Assembly: GCA_037447605.1 (NCBI GenBank)
Contig: CM074819.1
Span: forward strand, 890,297-954,296
Source: Zygnema circumcarinatum SAG 698-1b
Lineage: Eukaryota > Plantae > Zygnematophyceae
DNA: 64,000 bases
Reading direction: 5' to 3'
A program made the translations under genes and the position numbers. Numbering within the stretch: the stretch's first letter is position 1; each line of letters starts with the position of its first letter. The notes under the pieces are model-generated. The model ran no database searches. It worked only from the letters and a program-made list of their open reading frames with translations, and had not been told where the DNA came from. Shown here piece by piece: positions 51,401-64,000 of this stretch.

Positions 51401-53786
51401 GGGACAAGGAGAGGTAGGAGGATAGAGCGGACTGAGGCGACGCACACAGAATATATTACCAGCAGTAGAGCCAATCCGGAAGTCATATCGATGCAGCAGT
51501 TGGGACTGATGGCAATGGAGATTGATGGGGATGGAGGCACAGGGGGCTCAGGGGATGTTAGTGGAAGAAATGTTAGTGATGCAGTAAGGCTACGCTTGAG
51601 TCACGCAGTAGAAGGCGTAGGAGGTGCTATTCCATTGGGGCGTTCAAATTTCGTGTCAGGAGGGCGCTCCCACATGCATAGCTTGAGGGAAGGGCAGCCT
51701 CCTTTTCTCGGTCACAATCTATCCACCTTTACAGCACGCTCGCCCCCAAGAAGCAGACAACTTTTAGGCAGCAGGGGAGAAGAGCACGGCTCCATTTTGC
51801 AGGGTGTGGGTGGTACGCTCGGAGGAGATAGGGGAGGAGGACAGAATGAAGGAGGGGCGGCTGGGGGAGGTGACTCTCATGCAGTAAGGGGGCAGACGGG
51901 CAGTCAGCAACATGGGAGTGTGGGAGTCGTAGGTGGGAGAGGGAGAGGACATGGAGGCGGAGTGGGCAATGTTGGGGAAGATGCCAACGGCGGAGTTGGA
52001 GGTGGGAGAGGAGCTGTTGGAGACAGTGTTGTTAGGAATGGAGAGGGAGGGCATGAAGGTGGTGAAGGGGTGGGGTTGAGGGGGCAGGATGGGAGTGGGG
52101 TCAGAACAGAAGAAAATGGCAGTGAGAATGAGACGATTGGGGGAATTAAGCAGCGATTACTCGCTTTTATTTTTCGCGGAATTGTAGCGGAGGAGGAAGA
52201 AGGAGGGCAACGAGGGCAACGACTAAAGAGATTCTATTATCACTTCCAACATTATATGGACCTAGTCATGTGGAAGGTAATCCGTCGTAGTTGAGCTTGT
52301 GGCAGTAGTCAGAGGAAAGGGTAAAGCAGAAAGCATAGGGCTTTCTTTGGCATGAGCTCGAAAGTTCTCTACCTTTTTTGGGCCATAGGTCTGAGGGGAA
52401 TTCAGGAGGGATTGCAGATGCAATTTTTGGATCGCTCACATCTGCTCATCAAGTTTGGAAGTATGGATGGTGTGGCCCTTCGGAACTCGGACAACTCACA
52501 TCAGAATGCATTCTTTGCCGTCTATAACATCGAGTCGACGCAATTGATTGGATTCTTTCCGGTATGCTATTAAACACTTTTCACAGTGTGTGAGCAAGAG
52601 TTTTAGAGCTTTTGGTAACAAGAATTCACGCTTGTTAATACCTGTGATTCTACTGCGTTATGTGTTTTGGGGCATGTTTTCCCTGTCACAGAATTCCTCT
52701 GAGGAGTTTCTCGCTGCCTTTGAACGATTTTGTGACCACTTCCGAGTTGCTCCCCAGCATCCGGCCTTCATGGCATACATGAGCAGCTGCAGCAACAATG
52801 TGCATGCAAGAGAGCAGCTGCGGAAACAGAAGGCAGCCTGCATCTCCTCCAAAGGGGGCTCCTACGCACAGGTAACCAGCCCTAAATGTGCAAATATTTG
52901 AACGCCAAGTAGTCTCTACCTCCTCCCCTTCCTCCCTCCCTGCCCCATCTCCTCCCTCTCTCCCTCCCTCCCTTCAGTCCCCTCCCTCCCCCCTACTCCC
53001 GTCCCGCTCCCAAAACCGTAGCTCTCAATTGAAGGTGATTTGAGTTGGATTATGAATGCAGATGGAGATCTTGTATGCATTAATGTGTGGCATTTTCATT
53101 TGCTTGCAGGCGATAAAGCGAATATTGGCGATGCTTCCTTTCAATGCCCAGTCTCAGAGCCCCTCAGCGTATTTCGACCAATCCCTATTCCATTTCGATG
53201 ACAAGGTATTGTTCTTTCTTGCCTGGAAGACCTTTTCCCAATTATCAGCAAGTTCCTTTTTGTATCTGATATAACTTTTCACTTGAAGTAAATCAATTTG
53301 CCTATATTCACTCGGATGTGTCTCTCTGCAGCTGATCTCCGGCACTGACCGCCATAGGCCGTGCATGGATCACCCCATCAAGTTCATCTCCCGTCGCCGC
53401 CCCAACTCTCTCAAATTCAAAATCAACCCAGGTGAATCTGACTATTCTTGAAACCCTACCATCCTCTTAACCTATCTCAGCAGAATGGTCCCGAGCATCT
53501 TTTATTATCGGTAGTTGCAGTGTTCCTCCGAAACATCCTAGCTCCCTACTCTCCTTTCTTCCCCTCTATCATTTCTTGCATCATTAGCATCCAGAAGTCT
53601 CATAACTGTGGTAGTGAATTTGGAATTGGGTATGGGTCTCCTGCAGGAGTGGAATCAGGTCCACTTGATGGACGTGTGAACAAGAGAGTTGCCTCGTATG
53701 TCTTCCACCCAGTCTTGCCCTTCGCCATATCTATTAAGCAATCATTCATGCAGCCTCCCACTATCAATTTTCACTTCAGACGGTAG
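48413..53786 (+). CDS. DET1: De-etiolated 1 (DET1), with a very large Gly-rich insertion
   Basis: Exons 48413-48493 (SGNLLHRL; GC donor), 49442-49608 (LYENIVPSHT...RRFSHDGQYLICFSRN), 49887-50156 (CKDFFL, VPSMEKITF), 50283-50421 (HNAGVFLYDDLLAILSIRYQRIH), 50648-52276 (IGMHCREDDEL...GIKQRLLAFIFR...HFQHYMDLVMWK), 52418-52561 (QFLDRSHLLIKFGS), 52692-52871, 53110-53205 (QSQSPSAYFDQSLF), 53332-53431 (KFISRRRPNSLKFKI), 53647-53786 (FHPVLPFAISI...NFHFRR*). Confidence 0.96.
48603..48965 (+). repeat. Degenerate ~30-bp minisatellite (ATTAGGGTTGATTCAGGAATGCAGGA-like) in DET1 intron 1
   Basis: Recurrent TTAGGG / GATTCAG / ATGCAG blocks, roughly 10-12 diverged units. Confidence 0.6.
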
Positions 53787-55367
53787 TCAACGCTAGCACG
53801 GGCATGAAGCTCGGTGACTGGCCCACTACTGCTTCGATGAATGTGTTATATGGAGGGACTGCAGCAAAGGCGAATCGAGGGCCTACAGAACTGGGAATGA
53901 AGGAAACCAGTCAAAGGTTCAAGTTTTCTCCAATTCGACGATCAATCACGGGTCTTTTTCCTGGGCCTTTAGGTGGGCCTTGTTTCTACACAAGGTGGAG
54001 CACGTAGGAGGAAAGGGATAGAGGAAGAGGGCGTTAGAGGAGGAGAGGGAGGAGGGAGGAGGAGAAAGTATTTCACCCGAGAAAGCTCAAAATTTGAGCC
54101 GCTGTACTTAAAGAGTTTTGGATAGCACGGGGCGGTTTGTAGCGTGACTGGCTTCCCCTTGAAATTCCGTTGTTACCATAAAACCGATCACGTTGAGAAA
54201 AAGGAATTAAAGATTTTGACTGTTCACAAAAAAGAACTCTCGAGAGGAAAAAAAGAACTTTTGAGAGGAAAAAAAGAAAGGGATGTACTCAATTTAATGC
54301 AAGGACTTGAACATGAGAAATTAGATTCTGGAGTTCTTTCTGAATACGAATCTTATATAAAACCGATTGAACATTGAACAATTAACCAGCGGTTCTCAAT
54401 TTGAGTTTTCTTTGTATCAACGGTTCATCAATGAGATTTTGGCAATTGCAAAGCTTGTGGGCCCAGAAGTCTACGCACGTTTAATTTTCTCTCACCATAG
54501 AAATTTTGATACTGTAACATATCGTACCATACGGTAATCGTTGATTTGTCGAAGTATTTCAGATGGGGAAAGCGGGAGGCGAGGGAGGAAGGAAGGCAAA
54601 ATGGAGAGGGAGGCGGAGTCGTGGATAGAAAGCGAGGGAGAAGGGGGGAGAGAGCGAGGTATGAGGGACATGAAAGGGAGTGATTGTAGCAATGGAGCAC
54701 AGCCACGTTTCCTCTCTTCTCTTGAGGCAAAGCCACAGCAAAAACAAGCACCATCACAGTCATACATGTGCCCTACACAATGACTAACCAATAGGTCTGA
54801 CTCATGGCCAGAAAGGACTTTTCAGACCAATAGTAGCCTATATATTCACTGAAATCACCCGCTGTGGAGCATCAGGACAGCCGGCACTTCGTCTTTTTGC
54901 TCATTTTCATGTGACGGAGCAGCGGCAGCATCCTGTGCTTCCCATGAACCCCAACGCACGTGAAACCCTAACTGCTGAAGCACTGGATATATGGAAGATG
55001 GCTGCACTCTCAGTAGTCGGAACTACGTATGCATGTTTGCTGGTTTGTATGTATATACGTATGTGTGTCAGCTTATGTATGTGTGAGTGTATGTAAAGCC
55101 AGGTTCCAGCTTCATCCACATGATCTGCACACGCACACACATACACATAGAGCGGTTAAGCAACGTCCAGTTGCTGTTGTTGTTGTTGTTGTGTTGTTTA
55201 CATAACAAAGTAGGGCAAGTCTGCATAGCTCTCGTGTTCTCTGAACTTGTGCTCGTGTTTTCCCAGTGATGTGGTGAAGAAGAATGCAGCAGACAGCAGC
55301 AGCAGCAGTCCAATAATGCACCGACCATCCACATTCCCTTACAGAGATTGCAGAAGCTGAGTCTCTC

Positions 55368-57184
55368 TCAGGAGGACGCATCCAGCTGCTCTTGTATGCG
55401 TTGCAGCTTGTCGAGATAGGCAGCGAGTTCATCATAAGTGAACTCCAACGGCACTAACTGGGAGCCATGGGATGCACTTGAAGACTTCTCATCTTCCTGG
55501 GAGAAGACACAGAACAGAGCACTGATCCACTAAGGATGTCTGCAAGTTGACCTAATTTGCAGTGACTTGACCGTCGAAACAAAACAGTTTCCAGTTTCTG
55601 ACATCGCTCCTCCTGAAAATGGATGCGATTCTTGCACATACAGAGACTGTATATACATTCAAAAACATTGAAAATTTCTTTAAGGCATATATACGTACAT
55701 GTGAAGCAGGTTGGAGACGGAGCTGCAGTATACCGCTCGGCTCCAACTTGCGGCCGGCAGTGCTGTCAGCCACCTGCAAGCATGTATGCATGTATGCATG
55801 TACATGGGAAAATGACTTTTATGACATATGTGGCTTAAGGACCAATGAAGCTCAAAGAGAAAAATCTATCATAGTACATAGTGAATCACTGTGTAAGAGT
55901 CTTGGTCAGGCATTTTTTTTCTTTTTTTCTCCTTCACACAGTAAGATAGCACATTTATGCTCCATGCTACATCTTGTAAAGTCAAGATTAAAGCACTGTC
56001 TGCCCCAAAGCAGGTACTGTATACAATACATTGAAAAAGGCATGTCTTCTACGATCCAAAGAAGAGAACCTATTTCTCGTTGAATTGTTTTTCTCGAGCT
56101 GCAGTTCACCTGCAAATGAAGCCGCCAATCTGCCGAAGTTAAAAGAAAGCGCTTGTCGACTTCACCTTCCTTCTCAGCTGTGAGCTGCTCATTGAGCCTC
56201 TCAATGAGCTGCTTCCCTTCGAACTCCCAGATTTCCTGAAAGGCTGCCACCTGACCTTCCCAAATAGAGGCTGCAAGTGAGCAAGGAAAGTGGGCAAATT
56301 AACATCAGCAACAGAAGGTTGGATATTTATTTGGTTACTTGAGGTAAAGGGTTCTGATATCTCTTTTGAGGGTGGTTTTCTGCACTGCCGGTCACTAATC
56401 TCTGAAGGTTTTGAGCACTCCGGAGGATGTGATTATTCCAGTACCCGAGGAGCGGATACTCCTTCGTGAAGAAGGAGATTCGCCAAAGCATCTCCTGAAA
56501 GGTTCTCTTCCACGGCATGCTCCAACACAGCATGGCATGTAGCAACAAGAGACTGAACAGATTTGGAATTAAGATTGAAAATCTTTTCGAGCTTCCTCAG
56601 CTCGAGTTGCGTGAAGGTTGATTCACTCTGACCCTGCAAAGAATGTCCTCCCAGCGAGGTTCAGCACTACTTTGAACATTTTCAAAGCATTTCCCATTTT
56701 ACAAGCAGTTAACATCAAGGGCCATATGCAATTTCGAATTGCAGTGCAGTTCGTGCACTGCATTCGTCATGAATGTATGGTCTGATTGTCGAAAGGCACC
56801 TTAAGATGAGCCTTGGCTGTAATGCGCTCCAGGAAAGGAATCAAACGGTTTTCTGGTACAGCGTTCAAGTGTTGAAGCCCAGCTTTGAAGCTGCAAACAG
56901 CTCAACCACCGAAGCTCATCCCACAAGCGAACTAAATTTTTTATCCTTTCAACGATTATGCAGCGTAGTCTGATTCCAAAAGCAATCAGGATTTTTTAGG
57001 ATGTTTCCCTTGCTTTAACAGATGAAGCAATCGGCATGATCTCCTTTCCATCATGTCTAGCCTACTACACATATTATACAACTCCTATATTCTAAATTGC
57101 GGAATCATTATTTCATCCACATCTTTGTTTGCTTTATTCTTCTGAAACGCATGCGCGACTTGGATCGGCTCACCTTTCCGCCAT
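55368..57184 (-). CDS. COMMD10: COMM-domain protein, COMMD10-like
   Basis: Exons 57184-57174 (11 bp, MAE), 56890-56800 (LQHLNAVPENRLIPFLERITAKAHLK), 56633-56445 (GQSESTFTQLELRKLEKIF...VLEHA), 56250-56110 (LTSADWRLHLQ), 55773-55699 (PSGILQLRL), 55496-55368 (LEFTYDELAAYLDKLQRIQEQLDASS*); in phase and collinear with animal COMMD10 as recalled. Confidence 0.85.
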
Positions 57185-57662
57185 ATCCACCATTGGCTAT
57201 ATTCGTAAGATCAATCGCTCATCACTGAACAGCCGTTCAATTTTCCATCAATTGATAAAAATATAATTAAAAATTCCAATATCTCCCCTTAAAACTACAG
57301 CCCCTTCTCATTTTCGTCAAGGCAACCGCTGTTCTGCGCAGGTTTGAATCATCTAAGCATTTAATTCCATCGTCCATTTTCCAACATCCATTTGAAACAT
57401 CTGAAAGAACTCTTCAAGGACGTGGCGCTGCAATCCATGGCGAAGAGAGCTACTTCCTCGCTTCTGGATCCTCGCATGTAGCAGCTACAGCTGCAAGTGG
57501 AACGCCTTTGATGTTTGAACCCTACAAAGAAGGTTTTTTCCTCATTTGAAGTTTGAACGGTGATCTTCTAAAAACAAGACATTTCTCAACTTTCCAACGT
57601 CCCCTGTGCGCAGCTGCACCATTTTAGGCTTTACCTTGCAAGCTTTGAATACTTCATAAACC

Positions 57663-59199
57663 ATGGCGGCAGGGGTGGAAGAAGGGTATCCTCCTCCCCC
57701 TTCGACCAGCGACACCCTCATTCAGGCAGCCTGCAAAGTGCTGCAGACAGGGAATCCATGGAGGAAAGCAGAATATGGTGCTCTGGCTGTAAAGCTATGG
57801 CAGGAAGGCAGAATTCTGGAGGCGTATAATGAGGAGGAAGGAGGGCCCTGGGACTTAGCACCTGCGCATCCTGCAAGGGATAACACCGTGAGTATCTAGT
57901 GTTAGGTTGGATGTTTGCAAAAGATTGTGGAATCTGATGTTTGAGACGAGAGCAGGAAAAAGTTCAGCTGTTGGCTGGAAGTGGAGTGAAAAAGAAGTGC
58001 GTAGAAATGCTGTATTGATTGATGAGTGTTTTTAGTGTCGCGATTTGAAGTGAGTTCGAGTGAAGCCATGAAACGTTAAGAATTTACAATTACTGCACCC
58101 AACTCTTTGGTTTGGAAAACCCTGCCTGTCATTTTATTCCAATTATAGAACCAAAGCATTACTTGTAGGTGGCTTTACTTGAAAACAATCATAGTTTGAG
58201 TATTCACATTGTCACCTGTGGCTAGCAAGCAGGACTTGAGCCCACTCAGAGCGTGACTTGAGTCCTTATCTTTCAAAATATGAGGGCTTTTCCGTGAAAT
58301 TTGGGAAACCACAGAGCCCTAAGAACCCAGGTCTTTCTTGGTGAGAGAGTGTTTGGGTTTCTAAGTCATGTATTTGGGAGATAGCAGAAGACTGGGTAAA
58401 GAAACTGTCTCGACATAATTAGAAAACTAATACCGCACTGTACTATGTTTTTAGCATTGCTGTGTACATTTTTCAGTCCATGAGCTCCATTAGGTGCTAC
58501 CGCAATCCCAGGATGATGGCCAGTGCTATAAATTTTCCGAACAAGAAAAATAACCGAACTTCTTTAAACTGCAGAAGGTTTGAAGTGCCCGAAACCATGG
58601 AGAGTTTGTTTTAAGTTCAAATTCCCTCGCTTTAGCCCCTCCTGGCCTTCCTCCTTTCGCTGCTCTGTGACTTCATCATTCATTCATTCATTCATTTTTT
58701 TTTCCACCATTCAGTGTATGTGAAAGTACCTTGTTTAGGTTTTTATGGTTTTGGTTTCTCCACAACCAAACTTTTTTCAAAAAGTTAACTACACTGCTGT
58801 TTCAATCCATCATAGCCATAAGAAACATGCCGGGGGGGGGGGGGCAGCCACAAAAAAAAACGTGCAGGCCTCCTTACCATTTAGTTTGTGTGGAGCATCT
58901 ACTAAGAAAGCCCTCTTGAACACATTGATATATGCAGTTTTTCCTTATTTGCAGGTAAAAGTAGTCCCCGCTCGAGAAATTGGCAAGCGAGGCAAAGGCG
59001 GCAGCTTGCAGAGCCGCCAAGCTCTGCTGCATTCCCTTGTGCACATTGAGAGCTGGGCCGTTGACCTCTCATGGGTACATTTCAAAATCCTCATGTTGTT
59101 CCAAACCCCATTTCAAAAGCCATTTCAAGCATTCACCGATGGCCAAACCCTAATATAATCATGATAGAAAGCAAATTTATATTTCACTGCTAATGTCTG

Positions 59200-59239
<40 letters not shown>

Positions 59240-59260
59240 TTCTATCTCTCTCTCTCTTTT

Positions 59261-59294
<34 letters not shown>

Positions 59295-60808
59295 CCCCCT
59301 CTCTCTCTCTCCCCCTCTCTCTCTCCCCCTCTCTCTCTCTCTCTCTCTCTCTCGCTCTCTCCCCCTCCCCCTCTCTCCCTCTCCCTCTCTCTCTCTCCAC
59401 AGGACATTATCGCTCGCTTTGGCAAGAAGGAGCGCATGCCCCGGGAATTCTTCGATGACTTTGTTCAGGTGGCGGGTGATGAGGGCCGCCACTTCACTAT
59501 GTTGGCGGAGCGACTGAAGCAGATCGGCTGCCACTACGGGGCCCTGTGCGGCCACGACGGCCTGTGGGACTCCGCGGCGGAAACTGCTTATGACCTTCGA
59601 GCGCGGCTCGTCATCGAGCACTGCGTGCACGAGGTGAGCTCTCACACCATGGCAGGTCGGCTATGGCGATGAGATCATGCTATAGGGCAAAGGCGGACTG
59701 TCTGAAGCTGTTTCTTGTGAAGGCGCTTTCATCAAAGATTGCAAATTGCGTGTGTGTCTGTGTGTGTGTGTGCATCTCTTTCGTTCACTATCACTTTCCC
59801 TCTCTCCCTTACTCTCTCTCTTTCTGTCTCTTTTCTTTTATTTTTTCTCCCTCTCTCCCTCTCCCTCTCCCTCTTCCATTCTTCCCTCTCCCTCTTCCAT
59901 TCTTCCCTCTCCGCTCCCCGGCCTTCCCCCCTCCCCCTCTCCCCCTCTCCCCCTCTCCCCCTCTCCCCCTCTCCACCTCTCCCCCTCTCCCCCTCTCCCC
60001 CACTCCCCGTCTCCCCGTCTCCCCCTCTCCCCCTCTCCCCCACTCCCCATTTTCCCTCTTCCCCCCCTCCCCTCTCCCCTCTCCCCTCTCCCCCCTCTCC
60101 CCTCTCCCCTCTCCCCTCTCCCCTCTCCCCTCTCCCCCCTCTCCCCCCTCTCCCCCCTCTCCCCTCTCCCCTCTCCCCCCTCTCCCCTCTCCCCCCTCTC
60201 CCCGTCTCCCCTCTCCCCTCCCCTTCCACCTGCCCTCCTCGTCCCGCCTCTCCTCTCCCCCCCCACCCCCGCTCCCCCCTCCCTCTCACTCGCCCCCCCA
60301 CCTCTCTCTCTCTTTCCAGGCACGAGGACTGGATGTGGTGCCACAAACGATCGCTCGATTTCGAGCCGGTGGAGATGAAGCCACAGCGGAGCTGCTGGAG
60401 AGGGTGATCTACCCCGAGGAGGTCACGCACTGCGCTGCGGGTGTGCGCTGGTTCACTTCCCTCTGCCGGCGGGACCTGCCCCGTGGACCCTCAGTGCAAG
60501 GGAGAGGGGGGCAGGCCCATGCTCATGCTCATGTACCTGATGACACTTCAGACTTAGAGAGAGGGCCTCATGTTCCTGCTGGTGCCTTGGAGCGAGAGGG
60601 AGAGGGAGAGGGAGAGGGAGAGGGAGAGCAGAGTTTACAAAGATATGCCATCCAGAAGTTCCATGAGACTGTTCGGAAGCACTTCAGGGGCCCTCTGAAG
60701 CCTCCTTTCAACGATGAGGCGAGAGCTAAGGCGGGGTTTGGGCCCGAGTGGTACCTCCCTCTTGCCGCAGACGGTGTCAAAAGGGCTGAGGGAGGGACAG
60801 ATGTGTAA
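57663..60808 (+). CDS. DUF455 (HI0077-like) ferritin-like di-iron protein
   Basis: Exons 57663-57887, 58955-59074 ([18 protein letters not shown]), 59403-59633 (DIIARFG...DEGRHF...[11 protein letters not shown]...EHCVHE), 60320-60808 (ARGLD...[16 protein letters not shown]...[24 protein letters not shown]); ExxH ligand pairs present. Confidence 0.92.
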
Positions 60809-62203
60809 TTTTTCAAGTCTTGTGGACAAATGAAGAGATTCACAATGTTCCATCATTTTTTTCCTCATGGTATGAACATAGTACATATAACTACCACCAC
60901 TTCGACATTTCAGGTCTGCATGTTACATACACTCCCTTCAACGTTAATCCGTGGAAATCCAATGCAGTTCGACATGTAACGGAACATCAAAAAAGTGCGC
61001 AGCATGTCTTTCTATCGGCTTTGCTTCTCTATGACTGTCTTCCCACCCTCCCTCCCTCCCACCCGCCTGCTCCCCACCCGCCCTCCATCCCTCTCTCCCT
61101 ACCCTGCCTCCCTCCCTCTCCCTCCCTCCCCCTCCCTCCCTCCCTCCACCAACTAACTAGTGCTCTACACCCCGAGCAGCCGCCGGGCGTCATCGCGTAC
61201 GGGCTCCCCCACCGACGTGAAAATCTGTGCGTTTCGGATGTGGTCGCAGAGCTCCTCCACGAGGGGCTCATCCCGGCCGTGGGAAACCACCAGGAGTCGG
61301 AACGCCTTCACTAAGCTCTGTAGCGCGCCTTCCCAGTCTCCGGAACACCTGCAGCCACAGACAGACTCAGACTCTAGCTCTCCCTCCCCCTCCCCCCTNN
61401 NNNNNNNNGGGAGAGGGAGAGGGAGAGGGAGAGCAGAGTTTACAAAGATATGCCATCCAGAAGTTCCATGAGACTGTTCGGAAGCACTTCAGGGGCCCTC
61501 TGAAGCCTCCTTTCAACGATGAGGCGAGAGCTAAGGCGGGGTTTGGGCCCGAGTGGTACCTCCCTCTTGCCGCAGACGGTGTCAAAAGGGCTGAGGGAGG
61601 GACAGATGTGTAATTTTTCAAGTCTTGTGGACAAATGAAGAGATTCACAATGTTCCATCATTTTTTTCCTCATGGTATGAACATAGTACATATAACTACC
61701 ACCACTTCGACATTTCAGGTCTGCATGTTACATACACTCCCTTCAACGTTAATCCGTGGAAATCCAATGCAGTTCGACATGTAACGGAACATCAAAAAAG
61801 TGCGCAGCATGTCTTTCTATCGGCTTTGCTTCTCTATGACTGTCTTCCCACCCTCCCTCCCTCCCACCCGCCTGCTCCCCACCCGCCCTCCATCCCTCTC
61901 TCCCTACCCTGCCTCCCTCCCTCTCCCTCCCTCCCCCTCCCTCCCTCCCTCCACCAACTAACTAGTGCTCTACACCCCGAGCAGCCGCCGGGCGTCATCG
62001 CGTACGGGCTCCCCCACCGACGTGAAAATCTGTGCGTTTCGGATGTGGTCGCAGAGCTCCTCCACGAGGGGCTCATCCCGGCCGTGGGAAACCACCAGGA
62101 GTCGGAACGCCTTCACTAAGCTCTGTAGCGCGCCTTCCCAGTCTCCGGAACACCTGCAGCCACAGACAGACTCAGACTCTAGCTCTCCCTCCCCCTCCCC
62201 CCT
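60604..62203 (+). repeat. Identical 795-bp tandem duplication separated by an N gap (probable assembly artefact)
   Basis: 60604-61398 equals 61409-62203 (offset 805). Both copies end at the same base immediately before 10-N gaps (61399-61408 and 62204-62213). Confidence 0.85.
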
Positions 62204-63964
62204 NNNNNNNNNNTCCCCCCACAGACCACACCCTTGGGCTCTCCTTGTCTCCTTTCCCCTCGCCCATCTCTCCAAGAACACAGACTCAGGCTCTCCCTGT
62301 TACACTTCACTTCTCTCCGTCTCCCTCACCACTCCCTCTCCCTCCTCACCCTCCCTTCCTTCCCTCGCTCCCTCTCGTGAAAAAGGTAAAACGAGTCCCT
62401 GTGTTTAAGGATTCAGAAGGTGAACGTGAGGGAAGGAAGGACCTACATTTCAAGCTTGCCGAGAGCGTACAGCTGCAGACCTAAGGGAGGCTCCAAGGGA
62501 GGGTAGACAGCTGCATAGCCCTCTCCCTCCCGCAAACAAAGTTATGGGCATTTCCTGTTGGTTCAATGGTTGTCCGAAAGAACTCCTAAGACTACTGCAG
62601 ATAGAGAGGGGAGCATTGAGATGTTAGTTTGATGTCAAATCATAAAGCAGAGAGCGAGAGGTAAACGAGCAAAACCCTGCCATTGCTGCCCACCTTCAAA
62701 CACAGGAATCGTCTTCCTGCAGACCTCCACAGCCGCTTTCCAGTTCTTCTCCTTCAAGTATACCTGTTGCATCCCCTATGTGTGAGAGAGAGAGGACGTG
62801 CAGTTCAATTATACCTGCTGCATGCCAAGCCTTCTATGAGAAGGAGGAAGGGGAGAGATGGGAGGGTGGGGAGAGAGAAAGCGATGTTCAAGTATTATCT
62901 GAAGCATGTCATGCCCCCTATGAGAGAGAAGGAGGGGAGAGAGGAAGCCAGAGGGGAGGGTGGGGAGAGGGAGAGAGAGAGCATGCCGTTCAAGAGTGCC
63001 TGCTACACGCCATGCCCCCTATGAGTTCGAGGGAGAGGAGGACGAACAAGAGAGGGAGAGAGGAAGGGAGAGAAACATGCCTCTCTGAGCAGCTCCCGAG
63101 TTACATGAAGAGTGGCGTTGTTGCGGTGAAGCAATCTCTCTTGCAGCTTCGCCGCCTCCTCCAGCAAAGGCCGTGCGGCTGAGAATTCTGCCCGAAGAAA
63201 AGGGAGAAGTAAAAAATTCTCTCCCTCTCTCACATATACAAAACAAGCACATGAATTACTGCTCCTATCGGCCCTAAAGCTGCCACTCCCTAATAAGATG
63301 AACTCCCTTTCACTGGTTGCCTCTCCATACTGAGAACATTCAGCAGTATGATAATTTAGCTCTAGTCAACTGTATAATTTAGGGTCTTCAGGGCTATAAT
63401 TGTTAGTACTTGCAGCTTTGTGCAGGAGCTGAGCCTTCTCCACCATGGCCCGAGCAGCCTTTGCTTCAGACTCCGCCTCTTTCCTCTCGCGCTTTTTCCC
63501 ACATTTTCGGCATTTGAAAAAGTTATTATCTGAACCTCCCCACCCCTCTAACAGTAGTTTTTTGAATCCTGCTTTGGACCCATCGGTTGTGATCATAACG
63601 AGAAAGCAGAAAGCATGTTATAGGCTCTTTCTCATACTTTGAAGACCACCCAATGAGTGCAACAACCAACAGACCGGCCGACCGGCCAACAACCCGCCCG
63701 CTAAAATTCCTGAATATTTCACAATTTCTCCATTCTCTAATGCATCTTCATAAAGGAGAGAGTAATCGCATAACCGAGCAACGTAACCTGATGTGTGCCT
63801 GTATGCTTATTTATGGTTTCAAATAGGTGTTACATGGTGATTTCTTACATTCTGCATATGTATGTGTGTGATGGCTCTCGCACCTTGAGAGAGAGCGAGA
63901 GCTCCCTCACAGCTCCTATCAGAGCAGCAGAAGCCCTCAAAGACAGAATCTTCCTCCTCCACTT
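61970..63964 (-). CDS. SMYD/ASHR1-like SET-MYND methyltransferase, 3' part only (5' end beyond the window)
   Basis: Exons 63964-63884 (VFEGFCCSDRSCEGAL), 63568-63410 (FKCRKCG), 63187-63081 (LQERLLH...VTRELLRE, GC donor), 62763-62694 (NWKAAVEVCRKTIPVFE), 62510-62447 (VYPPLEPPLGLQLYALGKLE), 62153-61970 (ALQSLVKAFRLLVVSHG); collinear with the ASHR1/SMYD post-SET and TPR-like C-terminus as recalled. The SET domain itself is not in the window. The last exon is duplicated at 61348-61165. Confidence 0.82.
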
Positions 63965-64000
63965 CTGAAGGTTCCTACACTCACAGAACACAAGCTGTTA

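Noticed and set aside
60604-62203. Tandem duplication of the DUF455 3' end and SMYD last exon as alternative terminal exons
   Set aside because: The copies look identical and each ends at the same base before a 10-N gap beside a polypurine tract, typical of a contig placed twice. Long reads or read depth would settle it.

Overview
Gene-dense, intron-rich eukaryotic DNA with a streptophyte character, most consistent with a charophyte-grade green alga (inference from protein similarity to land-plant genes, GA/CT microsatellite load and large low-complexity inserts; species not determinable). Manual splicing with phase-consistent junctions gives about 12 genes: ferrochelatase (-, 3' end outside the window), HSC20/HscB (+), an intronless F-box/LRR gene (+), NUP93/NIC96 (-), a long DUF789-family gene (-) that appears to start with a partial ubiquitin-like domain, a PHD-finger/Tudor protein (-), URI1 (-), an orphan ~102-aa Trp-rich protein (+), DET1 (+), COMMD10 (-), a DUF455 ferritin-like gene (+), and the 3' part of a SMYD/ASHR1-like gene (-). 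I saw no rRNA, tRNA, CRISPR array or intact transposase/RT ORF. Most of the supplied ORF track is microsatellite or antisense noise. Most notable unexplained structure: (i) dense CGTAC clusters plus ACGTGGC G-box cores in nearly every promoter, including eight CGTAC in exact 10-bp phase between ferrochelatase and HSC20; (ii) a 56-bp intronic array that copies a real 5' splice donor; (iii) GC-AG first introns with the same GCAAGC donor in PHD, URI1 and DET1, plus a fourth GC donor in SMYD; (iv) the apparent UBL-DUF789 fusion; (v) an intronic element built from GNA-triloop mini-hairpins. Family assignments rest on remembered sequence similarity, not database searches. The 795-bp duplication near 61 kb is probably an assembly artefact.
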